DNA of 63,559 nt, the filler included, from Babesia bigemina (taxonomy: Eukaryota), in NCBI RefSeq assembly GCF_000981445.1. It is 9 parts of 9 records of this genome, joined end to end, with 100 filler letters (N's around TTAATTAATTAA, not from the genome) between each part and the next. Parts side by side here need not be neighbours in the genome. Positions count along the whole stretch, not along the records: positions 38,598 to 42,345 come from NW_012237017.1; positions 42,446 to 47,227 come from NW_012237018.1; positions 47,328 to 50,159 come from NW_012237019.1; positions 50,260 to 56,214 come from NW_012237020.1; 5 more parts are not named here. One strand, given 5' to 3'. Of this stretch, positions 41,756 through 53,509 are shown in pieces. Under the pieces are notes generated by a model. The model was not told the origin of the DNA. It did no database searches and saw only the letters and a list, made by a program, of their open reading frames with translations. Position 1 is the stretch's first letter. The number at the start of each line of letters is the position of its first letter. The translations under genes and the position numbers were made by a program.

Positions 41756-42345
41756 CGGCACCTTCTCGAAACTTTTCACACGCTGTTTGAAGGCTTCGTG
41801 GGCTTGGTTCCATGATTCCTTAAACTTGGTGCCCCCCTGAGTCTCGAAGCGTATAGACGGCACGTCATCCTGAGGTGATGTGTATATGCACTTTCGGCGT
41901 ACAATACAGAGGAAGGCAAAACAGTGGCACGAAAAACACAGCACAGCTTCTGCGAGTTTATGCTGAAGATGAGCCGGCGTACGAACTGACACGTTAAGTT
42001 ATATACACTATGGCGAGAGCGTCATCTCTCCGTAAACAGTGAATACATACCTTAAAGGCTTTGGGCCACCACAAAAAGCAGTCCTCTATATTATTTTGCT
42101 TTTTAAGATCGACCTCTACGAACGCCTGCTCATAGAACTCGGTGAATACCATATGGGTGCCCAACGATCCACGGCCGGCGTTGCGGCAGTACGACTCCAG
42201 TGCGTTCCAGTCAACGTACTTGCGCACAATTTGCCAGTTCACATAGTCGTCATCGCTTTTGACCTTTGCGAATAGCTCCTTGTTGAAAATTTCGAGACCT
42301 TTAGCAAGGATCCGGATATGGGATTCCGTCACCTCTACCTCTAAA
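41750..42345 (-). CDS. 3' part of a spliced hypothetical gene (5' cut by gap)
   Basis: Removing GT-AG introns 42050-41986 (65 nt) and 41907-41870 (38 nt) gives a continuous frame ..WWPKAFK|FVRRLIF..LPSS|DDVPSIRF..KVPL*. Confidence 0.55.
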
Positions 42346-42460
42346 NNNNNNNNNNNNNNNNNNNNNNNNNNNNNNNNNNNNNNNNNNNNTTAATTAATTA
42401 ANNNNNNNNNNNNNNNNNNNNNNNNNNNNNNNNNNNNNNNNNNNNAACGGTGCTGTCGAT

Positions 42461-45400
42461 AGATGAGTAGCTGAATAAGATAAGATGAGTAGCTGAATAA
42501 GATAAGATGAGTAGCTGAATAAGATAAGATGAGTAGCTGAATAAGATAAGATGAGTAGCTGAATAAGATAAGATGAGTAGCTGAATAAGATAAGATGAGT
42601 AGCTGAATAAGATGAGTAGCAATAACAAGACAAATTAGAATCAAGGCTTATCTAAGGCCAGAAACAGGAAGATGAGTAGCTGAATAAGATAAGATGAGTA
42701 GCTGAATAAGATGAGATGAGTAGCTGAATAAGATAAGATGAGTAGCTGAATAAGATAAGATGAGTAGCTGAATAAGATAAGATGAGTAGCTGAATAAGAT
42801 AAGATGAGTAGCTGAATAAGATAAGATGAGTAGCAGTAACAAGGCAAATTAGAATCAAGGCTTATCTAAGGCCGAGCGAAGTAGCCAGAATAAGATAAGA
42901 TGAGTAGCTGAATAAGATAAGATGAGTAGCTGAATAAGATAAGATGAGTAGCAGTAACAAGGCAAATTAGAATCAAGGCTTATCTAAGGCCAGAAACAGG
43001 AAGATGAGTAGCTGAATAAGATAAGATGAGTAGCTGAATAAGATAAGATGAGTAGCTGAATAAGATAAGATGAGTAGCTGAATAAGATAAGATGAGTAGC
43101 TGAATAAGATAAGATGAGTAGCTGAATAAGATAAGATGAGTAGCTGAATAAGATGAGTAGCTGAATATGATAAGATGAGTAGCTGAATAAGATAAGATGA
43201 GTAGCTGAATAAGATAAGATGAGTAGCTGAATAAGATAAGATGAGTAGCTGAATAAGATAAGATGAGTAGCTGAATAAGATAAGATGAGTAGCTGAATAA
43301 GATAAGATGAGTAGCTGAATAAGATAAGATGAGTAGCTGAATAAGATAAGATGAGTAGCAATAACAAGGCAAATTAGAATCAAGGCTTATCTAAGGCCAG
43401 AAACAGGAAGATGAGTAGCTGAATAAGATAAGATGAGTAGCTGAATAAGATAAGATGAGTAGCTGAATAAGATAAGATGAGTAGCTGAATAAGATAAGAT
43501 GAGTAGCTGAATAAGATAAGATGAGTAGCTGAATAAGATAAGATGAGTAGCTGAATAAGATAAGATGAGTAGCTGAATAAGATAAGATGAGTAGCTGAAT
43601 AAGATAAGATGAGTAGCTGAATAAGATAAGATGAGTAGCTGAATAAGATAAGATGAGTAGCTGAATAAGATGAGATGAGTAGCTGAATAAGATAAGATGA
43701 GTAGCTGAATAAGATAAGATGAGTAGCTGAATAAGATAAGATGAGTAGCAATAACAAGGCAAATTAGAATCAAGGCTTATCTAAGGCCAGAAACAGGAAG
43801 ATGAGTAGCTGAATAAGATAAGATGAGTAGCTGAATAAGATAAGATGAGTAGCTGAATAAGATAAGATGAGTAGCTGAATAAGATAAGATGAGTAGCTGA
43901 ATAAGATAAGATGAGTAGCTGAATAAGATAAGATGAGTAGCTGAATAAGATAAGATGAGTAGCTGAATAAGATAAGATGAGTAGCTGAATAAGATAAGAT
44001 GAGTAGCTGAATAAGATAAGATGAGTAGCTGAATAAGATAAGATGAGTAGCTGAATAAGATAAGATGAGTAGCTGAATAAGATAAGATGAGTAGCTGAAT
44101 AAGATAAGATGAGTAGCTGAATAAGATAAGATGAGTAGCTGAATAAGATAAGATGAGTAGCAATAACAAGGCAAATTAGAATCAAGGCTTATCTAAGGCC
44201 AGAAACAGGAAGATGAGTAGCTGAATAAGATAAGATGAGTAGCTGAATAAGATAAGATGAGTAGCTGAATAAGATGAGTAGCAATAACAAGGCAAATTAG
44301 AATCAAGGCTTATCTAAGGCCAGAAACAGGAAGATGAGTAGCTGAATAAGATAAGATGAGTAGCTGAATAAGATAAGATGAGTAGCTGAATAAGATAAGA
44401 TGAGTAGCTGAATAAGATAAGATGAGTAGCTGAATAAGATAAGATGAGTAGCTGAATAAGATAAGATGAGTAGCTGAATAAGATAAGATGAGTAGCAATA
44501 ACAAGGCAAATTAGAATCAAGGCTTATCTAAGGCCAGAAACAGGAAGATGAGTAGCTGAATAAGATAAGATGAGTAGCTGAATAAGATAAGATGAGTAGC
44601 TGAATAAGATAAGATGAGTAGCAATAACAAGGCAAATTAGAATCAAGGCTTATCTAAGGCCAGAAACAGGAAGATGAGTAGCTGAATAAGATAAGATGAG
44701 TAGCTGAATAAGATAAGATGAGTAGCTGAATAAGATGAGTAGCAATAACAAGGCAAATTAGAATCAAGGCTTATCTAAGGCCAGAAACAGGAAGATGAGT
44801 AGCTGAATAAGATAAGATGAGTAGCTGAATAAGATAAGATGAGTAGCAATAACAAGGCAAATTAGAATCAAGGCTTATCTAAGGCCAGAAACAGGAAGAT
44901 GAGTAGCTGAATAAGATAAGATGAGTAGCTGAATAAGATAAGATGAGTAGCTGAATAAGATAAGATGAGTAGCTGAATAAGATGAGTAGCTGAATAAGAT
45001 GAGTAGCTGAATAAGATAAGATGAGTAGCTGAATAAGATAAGATGAGTAGCAATAACAAGGCAAATTAGAATCAAGGCTTATCTAAGGCCAGAAACAGGA
45101 AGATGAGTAGCTGAATAAGATAAGATGAGTAGCTGAATAAGATAAGATGAGTAGCTGAATAAGATAAGATGAGTAGCTGAATAAGATAAGATGAGTAGCT
45201 GAATAAGATGAGTAGCAATAACAAGGCAAATTAGAATCAAGGCTTATCTAAGGCCAGAAACAGGAAGATGAGTAGATGAATAAGATAAGATGAGTAGCTG
45301 AATAAGATAAGATGAGTAGCTGAATAAGATAAGATGAGTAGCTGAATAAGATAAGATGAGTAGCTGAATAAGATAAGATGAGTAGCTGAATAAGATAAGA

Positions 45401-46460
45401 TGAGTAGCTGAATAAGATAAGATGAGTAGCTGAATAAGATAAGATGAGTAGCTGAATAAGATGAGTAGCAATAACAAGGCAAATTAGAATCAAGGCTTAT
45501 CTAAGGCCAGAAACAGGAAGATGAGTAGATGAATAAGATAAGATGAGTAGCTGAATAAGATAAGATGAGTAGCTGAATAAGATAAGATGAGTAGCTGAAT
45601 AAGATAAGATGAGTAGCTGAATAAGATAAGATGAGTAGCTGAATAAGATGAGTAGCAATAACAAGGCAAATTAGAATCAAGGCTTATCTAAGGCCAGAAA
45701 CAGGAAGATGAGTAGCTGAATAAGATAAGATGAGTAGCTGAATAAGATAAGATGAGTAGCTGAATAAGATAAGATGAGTAGCTGAATAAGATAAGATGAG
45801 TAGCTGAATAAGATAAGATGAGTAGCTGAATAAGATAAGATGAGTAGCTGAATAAGATAAGATGAGTAGCTGAATAAGATAAGATGAGTAGCTGAATAAG
45901 ATAAGATGAGTAGCTGAATAAGATGAGTAGCTGAATAAGATAAGATGAGTAGCTGAATAAGATAAGATGAGTAGCTGAATAAGATGAGTAGCAATAACAA
46001 GGCAAATTAGAATCAAGGCTTATCTAAGGCCAGAAACAGGAAGATGAGTAGCTGAATAAGATAAGATGAGTAGCTGAATAAGATAAGATGAGTAGCTGAA
46101 TAAGATGAGTAGCAATAACAAGGCAAATTAGAATCAAGGCTTATCTAAGCCCGAGCGAAGTGAGGCCAGAAACAGGAAGATGAGTAGCTGAATAAGATAA
46201 GATGAGTAGCTGAATAAGATAAGATGAGTAGCTGAATAAGATAAGATGAGTAGCTGAATAAGATGAGTAGCAATAAGAAGGCAAATTAGAATCAAGGCTT
46301 ATCTAAGGCCAGAAACAGGAAGATGAGTAGCTGAATAAGATAAGATGAGTAGCTGAATAAGATAAGATGAGTAGCTGAATAAGATAAGATGAGTAGCAAT
46401 AACAAGGCAAATTAGAATCAAGGCTTATCTAAGGCCAGAAACAGGAAGATGAGTAGCTGA
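42461..46460. repeat. Subtelomeric compound satellite: (GATGAGTAGCTGAATAAGATAA)n interrupted by a 60-bp unit
   Basis: About 19 near-identical 60-bp units separated by variable numbers of 22-bp units. Confidence 0.97.
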
Positions 46461-46499
46461 GGTCCTAGAATTCTAGGGTTAGGAGGCCAGGTCACTGGG

Positions 46500-47208
46500 C
46501 TTAGGTTTTTAGGTTTCTTAGGTTCTTAGGTTTTTAGGGTTTTAGGTTTTTAGGGTTTTAGGGTTTAAGGGTTTAGGGTTTTTAGGGTTTTAGGGTTTTA
46601 GGGTTTTAGGGTTTAGGGTTTAGGGTTTTTAGGGTTTAGGGTTTAGGGTTTTAGGGTTTAGGGTTTTAGGGTTTTAGGGTTTTAGGGTTTTAGGGTTTTA
46701 GGGTTTTTAGGGTTTAGGGTTTTTAGGGTTTTTTAGGGTTTTTAGGGTTTTAGGGTTTTTTAGGGTTTTTTAGGGTTTTTAGGGTTTTTAGGGTTTAGGG
46801 TTTTAGGGTTTTAGGGTTTTAGGGTTTTAGGGTTTAGGGTTTTAGGGTTTAGGGTTTAGGGTTTTTAGGGTTTTAGGGTTTTAGGGTTTAGGGTTTTAGG
46901 GTTTTAGGGTTTTTAGGGTTTTAGGGTTTAGGGTTTTAGGGTTTTAGGGTTTTAGGGTTTTAGGGTTTTTAGGGTTTTTAGGGTTTTTAGGGTTTTAGGG
47001 TTTTTAGGGTTTTAGGGTTTAGGGTTTTTAGGGTTTAGGGTTTTCTAGGGTTTTAGGGTTCAGGGTTTTAGGGTTTTAGGGTTTAGGGTTTTAGGGTTTT
47101 AGGGTTTTTAGGCTTAGGGTTTTAGGGTTTTAGGGTTTAGGGTTTTAGGGTTTAGCGTTTTTACGGGTTTTAGGGTCTAGGGTTTCTAGGGTTCCAGGGT
47201 TTAGGGTT
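46500..47208 (+). repeat. Telomeric repeat tract (TTTAGGG/TTTTAGGG, variable T count)
   Basis: Uninterrupted T-rich AGGG array at a contig end, G-strand pointing outward. Confidence 0.95.
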
Positions 47209-47327
47209 ACGAATCCAGCTATACTCGNNNNNNNNNNNNNNNNNNNNNNNNNNNNNNNNNNNNNNNNNNNNTTAATTAATTAANNNNNNNNNNNNNNNNN
47301 NNNNNNNNNNNNNNNNNNNNNNNNNNN

Positions 47328-47497
47328 GTGGGTTAAACAACCAAGGGACATTTCAAGGGTGGCCTTTGGCCGGTACCTTTGGCGTTCAAAGTTATATTCC
47401 CGACCATTCTTCACATAAATCCACATTTTTTACAACAGTACTGGCAGCATCTACACTCACGCGGCTGACATGTATTATCACACTTACACTTCGACAT
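47328..47497 (-). CDS. 5' part of a third small Cys-rich gene; TGA after 28 codons (pseudogene or read-end error)
   Basis: GGGGAAG-ATG right after a 76-bp array; MSKCKCDNTCQPRECRCCQYCCKKCGFM*; not in the ORF track. Confidence 0.6.
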
Positions 47498-47499
47498 CT

Positions 47500-48118
47500 T
47501 CCCCTCCCACTCCCCTCAACCTGCAAACATGTCAATCACTCAAGCAGCACTCACCAACTGCAACACTACCACTTCCGCGCCCAGTCCCCTCAACCTGCGA
47601 ACATATCAATCACCTACCAACGCACTCACCAACTGCAACACTACCACTGCCTCTACCTTCTCACTCCCCTCAACCTGCGAACATATCAATCACTAAGCAA
47701 CGCACTCACCAACTGCAACACTACCACTGCCGCTCCCAGTCCCCTCAACCTGCAAGCATATCAATCACCTAGCAACGCACTCACCAACTGCAACACGTAC
47801 CACTGCCGCTACCAGTCCCTCAACCTGCAGACATATAAATCACCTAGCAACGCACTCACCAACTGCAACACGTACCACTGCCGCGCCCAGTCCCCTCAAC
47901 CTGCGAACATATCAATCACCTAGCAACGCACTCACCAACTGCAACACGTACCACTGCCGCGCCCACTCCCCTCAGCCTGCAGACATCAATCACTCAAGCA
48001 GCACTCACCAACTGCAACACTACCACTTCCGCGCCCAGTCCCCTCAACCTGCGAACATATCAATCACCTACCAACGCACTCACCAACTGCAACACTACCA
48101 CTGCCGCTCCCAGTCCCC
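47500..48118. repeat. ~76-bp tandem repeat
   Basis: About 8 units. Confidence 0.95.
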
Positions 48119-48632
48119 TCATCAACACTCACCCTCACCGCTGTATCCCCCAGCCCAGGCCACCGACACCCCCGCTGCCCAGGATACCACAGCTGCCCTG
48201 ACGCGACGCATGTGATCAGCACCAACTGTCACCCTAAATTATTCATTTTTCGCAACGCCATTAAAATTGCAGCGAGTCCCGTGCTCTCAACTCCCACAGT
48301 GCAGCAGCACCGTGCTACGAGCCGCGGTATCGGCGCCATGCTGGCGGAGCGTGTCGGCTACGTGCCTAAATGTGATATTAACTATCGCTACATCGCCGCC
48401 TATAAAACTACTTAACCGGGCCAACGCCGATTACGCCACCCTGCCAGTGACTCGCAACACACGACTTAGGTCACCCGCCGCGGCCCTCACGGCCGCCTAC
48501 GTTAGCGACCAATCACCCAGCCTCACGTGACACTGACTCAAAGGGCAACGCGGACACCACTCACAGTCAACGCACAACTCAACACACCAGGCAATCAACG
48601 TGCTACAACACCCACCAAATTATGGTTCATCC
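48119..48632. other. Conserved ~500-bp element (copy 2)
   Basis: Collinear with copy 1. Confidence 0.85.
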
Positions 48633-49120
48633 GCCAGCTTAGCACTTTGCCTAGTTGCTAGCTTAGCACTTTGCCTGGTTGCTAGGTTAGCACTTTGCCT
48701 GAGTGCTAGGTCAACACGTTGCCTGGGTGCTAGGTTAGCACTTAGCTCGGTTGCCAGCTTACCACTTAGCCTGGGTGCTAGCTTAGCACTTTGCGTGGTT
48801 GCTAGGTCAGCACTTTGCCTGGGTGCTAGCTTACCACTTTGCCTGAGTGCTAGCTTACCACTTTGCCTGGTTGCTAGGTCAGCACGTTGCTTGTGTGCTT
48901 GCTTACCACTTTGCCTGCGTGCAAGGTTAGCACTTTGCCTGGTTGCTAGGTCAACACTTAGCCTGGTTGCTAGCTTAGCACTTTGCCTGGTTGCTAGCTT
49001 AGCACTTTGCCTGGTTGCTAGCTTAGCACGTTGCCTGGTTGCTAGCTTAGCACGTTGCCTGGTTGCTAGCTTAGCACTTTGCCTGGTTGCTAAGTCAGCA
49101 CTTTGCCTGGGTGCTAGGTC
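48633..49120. repeat. 24-bp minisatellite
   Basis: Seen directly. Confidence 0.93.
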
Positions 49121-49510
49121 AACACGTTGGTCAGCACGTTGGTCAGCACGTTGGTCAACACGTTGGTCACCACTTTGGTCACCACTTTGGTCAGCACCTT
49201 GGTCAGCACATTGGTCATGGCATTGGTCAGCACATTGGTCAGTACTTTGGTCAGCACCTTGGTCAGTACTTTGGTCAGAACTTGGTCAGCACGTTGGTCA
49301 GCATCTTGGTCAGCACGTTGGTCAACACGTTGGTCACCACTTTGGTCACCACTTTGGTCAGCACCTTGGTCAGCACGTTGGTCACCACTTTGGTCAACAC
49401 GTTGGTCAGCACCTTGGTCAGCACCTTGGTCAGCACTTTGGTCAGCACGTTGGTCATGGCATTGGTCAGCACCTTAGTTACAGCATTGGGCAGCACATTG
49501 GTCAACACTT
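49121..49510. repeat. 12-bp minisatellite
   Basis: Seen directly; grades into the 24-bp array. Confidence 0.93.
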
Positions 49511-49633
49511 TAGTTAACTATTACACAACCACATACAACGATTAATGAGTGATGCAACAGATTAAAGCACAATTCATAAGTTAGGTGAGTAGGTGATGCT
49601 AGGTGAGTGTAGATATTGAACACGTGAGTACGA

Positions 49634-50159
49634 TTATGGTTGCAGGTAAAACACTCTGTTAAGCTTGTTAACACGTGCAGCGGCGAGTAGTGATTGAGCA
49701 GCTATGCGATGTGATGAGGGTGAGTGTAAGTGTGACTTGATGTGGAGGAGGTCGAGGCGGATGACCATGATGTGGGTGAGGTAGAGGAGAGAGAGGAGCC
49801 AGAGCGCGACGTTGAGCCAGATGAAGGGGGCGCGTATGGTGAAGATGAATTGGGGAATAGTAACATGGACCAATTTGGCAAGCGGATGTCCATCCACTTC
49901 TATTTCGTTAGTCACGCTCTTCAATACAATACACAAATCTTTGCACGTGCGCTTTGTCGTCTTGGCAGATAGACTTCTGCAATCTCCAAGTACCAAGCCA
50001 TATTTGTAGAATGTGGGACGCATGAACTTGCAATTTACAATTGAATTGCAGGATTCTATGTGAGTTGGAGCCCTCAGCTGCCGGGGAGGTTGAAGGCTTT
50101 GCACCCATTCCTACATTTACTGAAAGGGCACTTAAGTTTTCCCCCGTCACAATTTTTTG
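49634..50159 (-). CDS. ves1: VESA1-like C-terminal fragment, type A tail
   Basis: PFIWLNVALWLLSLLYL..RVNKLNRVFYLQP; 5' side degraded at the contig end. Confidence 0.85.
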
Positions 50160-50259
50160 NNNNNNNNNNNNNNNNNNNNNNNNNNNNNNNNNNNNNNNNN
50201 NNNTTAATTAATTAANNNNNNNNNNNNNNNNNNNNNNNNNNNNNNNNNNNNNNNNNNNN

Positions 50260-52305
50260 CCCAGTCCCCTCAACCTGCGAACATATCAATCACTCAAGCA
50301 GCACTCACCAACTGCAACACTATCACTGCAGCTACCAGTCCCCTCAACCTGCAAACATATCGATCACCTAGCTACGCACTCACCAACTGCAACACGTACC
50401 ACTGCCGCTCCCAGTCCCCTCCGCCTGCAAACATATCAACCACCTAGCAAAGCACTCACCAACTGCAACAGGTACATCTTCCCCTCCCAGTCCCCTCAGC
50501 CTGCAAGCATATCAATCACTCAAGCAGCACTCACCAACTGCAACACGTACCACTGCCGCTCCCAGTCCCCTCAACCTGCAAGCATATCAATCACGTAGCA
50601 ACGCACTCACCAACTGCAACACGTACCACTGCCGCTCCCAGTCCCCTCAACCTTCGAACATGTCAATCACTTAAGCAACGCACTCACCAACTGCAACACT
50701 ACCACTGCCGCCCCCAGTCCCCTCAACCTGCAAAGCTATCAATCACTCAAGCAGCACTCACCAACTGCAACACGTACACTGCCGCGCCCAGTCCCCTCAA
50801 CCTGCGAACATATCAATCACTCAAGCAGCACTCACCAACTGCAACACTATCACTGCAGCTACCAGTCCCCTCAACCTGCAAACATATCGATCACCTAGCT
50901 ACGCACTCACCAACTGCAACACGTACCACTGCCGCTCCCAGTCCCCTCCGCCTGCAAACATATCAACCACCTAGCAAAGCACTCACCAACTGCAACAGGT
51001 ACATCTTCCCCTCCCAGTCCCCTCAGCCTGCAAGCATATCAATCACTCAAGCAGCACTCACCAACTGCAACACGTACCACTGCCGCTCCCAGTCCCCTCA
51101 ACCTGCAAGCATATCAATCACGTAGCAACGCACTCACCAACTGCAACACGTACCACTGCCGCTCCCAGTCCCCTCAACCTGCAGACATATCAATCACCTA
51201 GCAACGCACTCACCAACTGCAACACTACCACTGCCGCCCCCAGTCCCCTCAACCTGCAAAGCTATCAATCACTCAAGCAGCACTCACCAACTGCAACACG
51301 TACACTGCCGCGCCCAGTCCCCTCAACCTGCGAACATATCAATCACTCAAGCAGCACTCACCAACTGCAACACTATCACTGCAGCTACCAGTCCCCTCAA
51401 CCTGCAAACATATCGATCACCTAGCTACGCACTCACCAACTGCAACACGTACCACTGCCGCTCCCAGTCCCCTCCGCCTGCAAACATATCAACCACCTAG
51501 CAAAGCACTCACCAACTGCAACAGGTACATCTTCCCCTCCCAGTCCCCTCAGCCTGCAAGCATATCAATCACTCAAGCAGCACTCACCAACTGCAACACG
51601 TACCACTGCCGCTCCCAGTCCCCTCAGCCTGCAAACATATCAATCACCTAGCAACGCGCTCACCAACTGCAACACGTACCACTGCCGCTCCCAGTCCCCT
51701 CAACCTTCGAACATGTCAATCACTTAAGCAACGCACTCACCAACTGCAACACTACCACTGCCGCCCCCAGTCCCCTCAACCTGCAAAGCTATCAATCACT
51801 CAAGCAGCACTCACCAACTGCAACACGTACACTGCCGCGCCCAGTCCCCTCAACCTGCGAACATATCAATCACTCAAGCAGCACTCACCAACCGCAACAC
51901 GTAACACTGCCGCTCCCACTCCCCTCAACCTGCAGACATATCAATCACTCAAGCAGCACTCACCAACTGCAACACGTACCACTGCCGCTACCACTCCCCT
52001 CAACCTGCGAACATATCAATCACCTAGCAACGCACTCACCAACTGCAACACGTACCACTGCCGCTACCACTCCCCTCAGCCTGCAGACATATCAGTCACC
52101 TAGCAACGCACTCACCAACTGCAACACGTACCACTGCCGCTACCACTCCCCTCAGCCTGCAGACATATCAGTCACCTAGCAACGCACTCACCAACTGCAA
52201 CACGTACCACTGCCGCTACCACTCCCCTCAGCCTGCAGACATATCAGTCACCTAGCAACGCACTCACCTACTACAACACTTACCACTGCCGCTCCCAGTC
52301 CCCTC
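50260..52305. repeat. ~76-bp tandem repeat with ~527-bp higher-order period
   Basis: About 27 units; diagnostic variants recur at 50475, 51002, 51528. Confidence 0.95.
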
Positions 52306-52793
52306 ATCACCAAGGCACTCACCCCTGTGTCCCCCCAGCACAGGCCACCGACACCCACGCTGCCCGGGATACCACGGCTGCCCTGCCGCGACGCATGTGA
52401 TAAGCACCAACAGCCACTCTAAATTATGTACTATTCGCAACGCCATAAGAATTGCAGCGAACCCCGTGCGCTCAACTCCCACAGTGCAGCAGCACCGTGC
52501 TACGAGCCGCGGTATCGGCGCCATGCTTGCGGAGCGTGTCGGCTACGTGCCTAAATGTGATATTAACGATCGCTACATTGCTGCCTATAAATGCTACTTA
52601 ACCAGGCCAACGCGGATTACGCCACCCTGCCAGTGACTCGCAACACATGACTTACGTCACCCGCCGCGGCCTTCACGGCCGCCTACGTAGCAACCAATCA
52701 CCCAGCCTCACGTGAGACTGACTCAATGGGCAACGCGGACACCTCTCACAGTCAACGCGTAACTCAACGCACCAGGCAAATAACGGTTCATCC
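52306..52793. other. Conserved ~500-bp element (copy 3)
   Basis: Collinear with copies 1 and 2. Confidence 0.85.
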
Positions 52794-53370
52794 GTCAGCT
52801 TAGCACTTTGCCTGGGTGCTAGGTCAACACTTAGCCTGATTGCCAGCTTACCACTTTGCCTGAGTGCTTGCCTAGCACTTTGCCTGGTTGCTAGCTTAGC
52901 ACGTTGCCTGGTTGCTAGCTTAGCACTTAGCTTGTGTGCTAGGTTAGCACTTAGCTTGCGTGCCAGCTTAGCACTTTGCCTGGGTGCTAGCTTAGCACTT
53001 TGCCTGGGTGCTAGGTCAACACTTTGCCTGGTTGCCAGCTTAGCACGTTGCCGGGTTGCCAGCTTACCACTTTGCCTGGGTGCTAGGTTAGCACTTTGCC
53101 TGTGTGCTAGCTTAGCACTTTGCCTGGTTGCTAGGTTAACACTTTGCCTGGTTGCTAGCTTATCACTTTGCCTGGTTGCTAGGTTAGCACTTAGCCTGAG
53201 TGCCAGTTTAGCACTTTGCCTAGTTGCTAGCTTAGCACTTAGCCTAGTTGCTAGCTTATCACTTTGCCTGGGTGCCAGCTTAGCACTTAGCTTGCGTACT
53301 AGCTTAGCACTTTGCCTGGTTGCTAGCTTAGCACTTTGCCTGGTTGCTAGCTTAGCACGTTGCTTGGTCG
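52794..53370. repeat. 24-bp minisatellite
   Basis: Seen directly. Confidence 0.93.
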
Positions 53371-53509
53371 TTTAGTCATAACCTAATCTAGGTGCTATTT
53401 AGTTCACAGGTTGCCGCTAGAGTAATTCGAAACATTATGATACGTTTGTCGGTTAGGTGAGTAGGTGAATTGCTAGGTGAGTTGATGTGAATTACAAATG
53501 TGACTATAA

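Noticed and set aside
42390..46016. Many hydrophobic ORFs (LILSYSATHLILF)
   Set aside because: Translations of the 22-bp satellite in all three minus frames
42461..46460. CRISPR-like repeat/spacer appearance
   Set aside because: The 'spacers' are themselves tandem identical units; no cas genes; eukaryotic subtelomeric context
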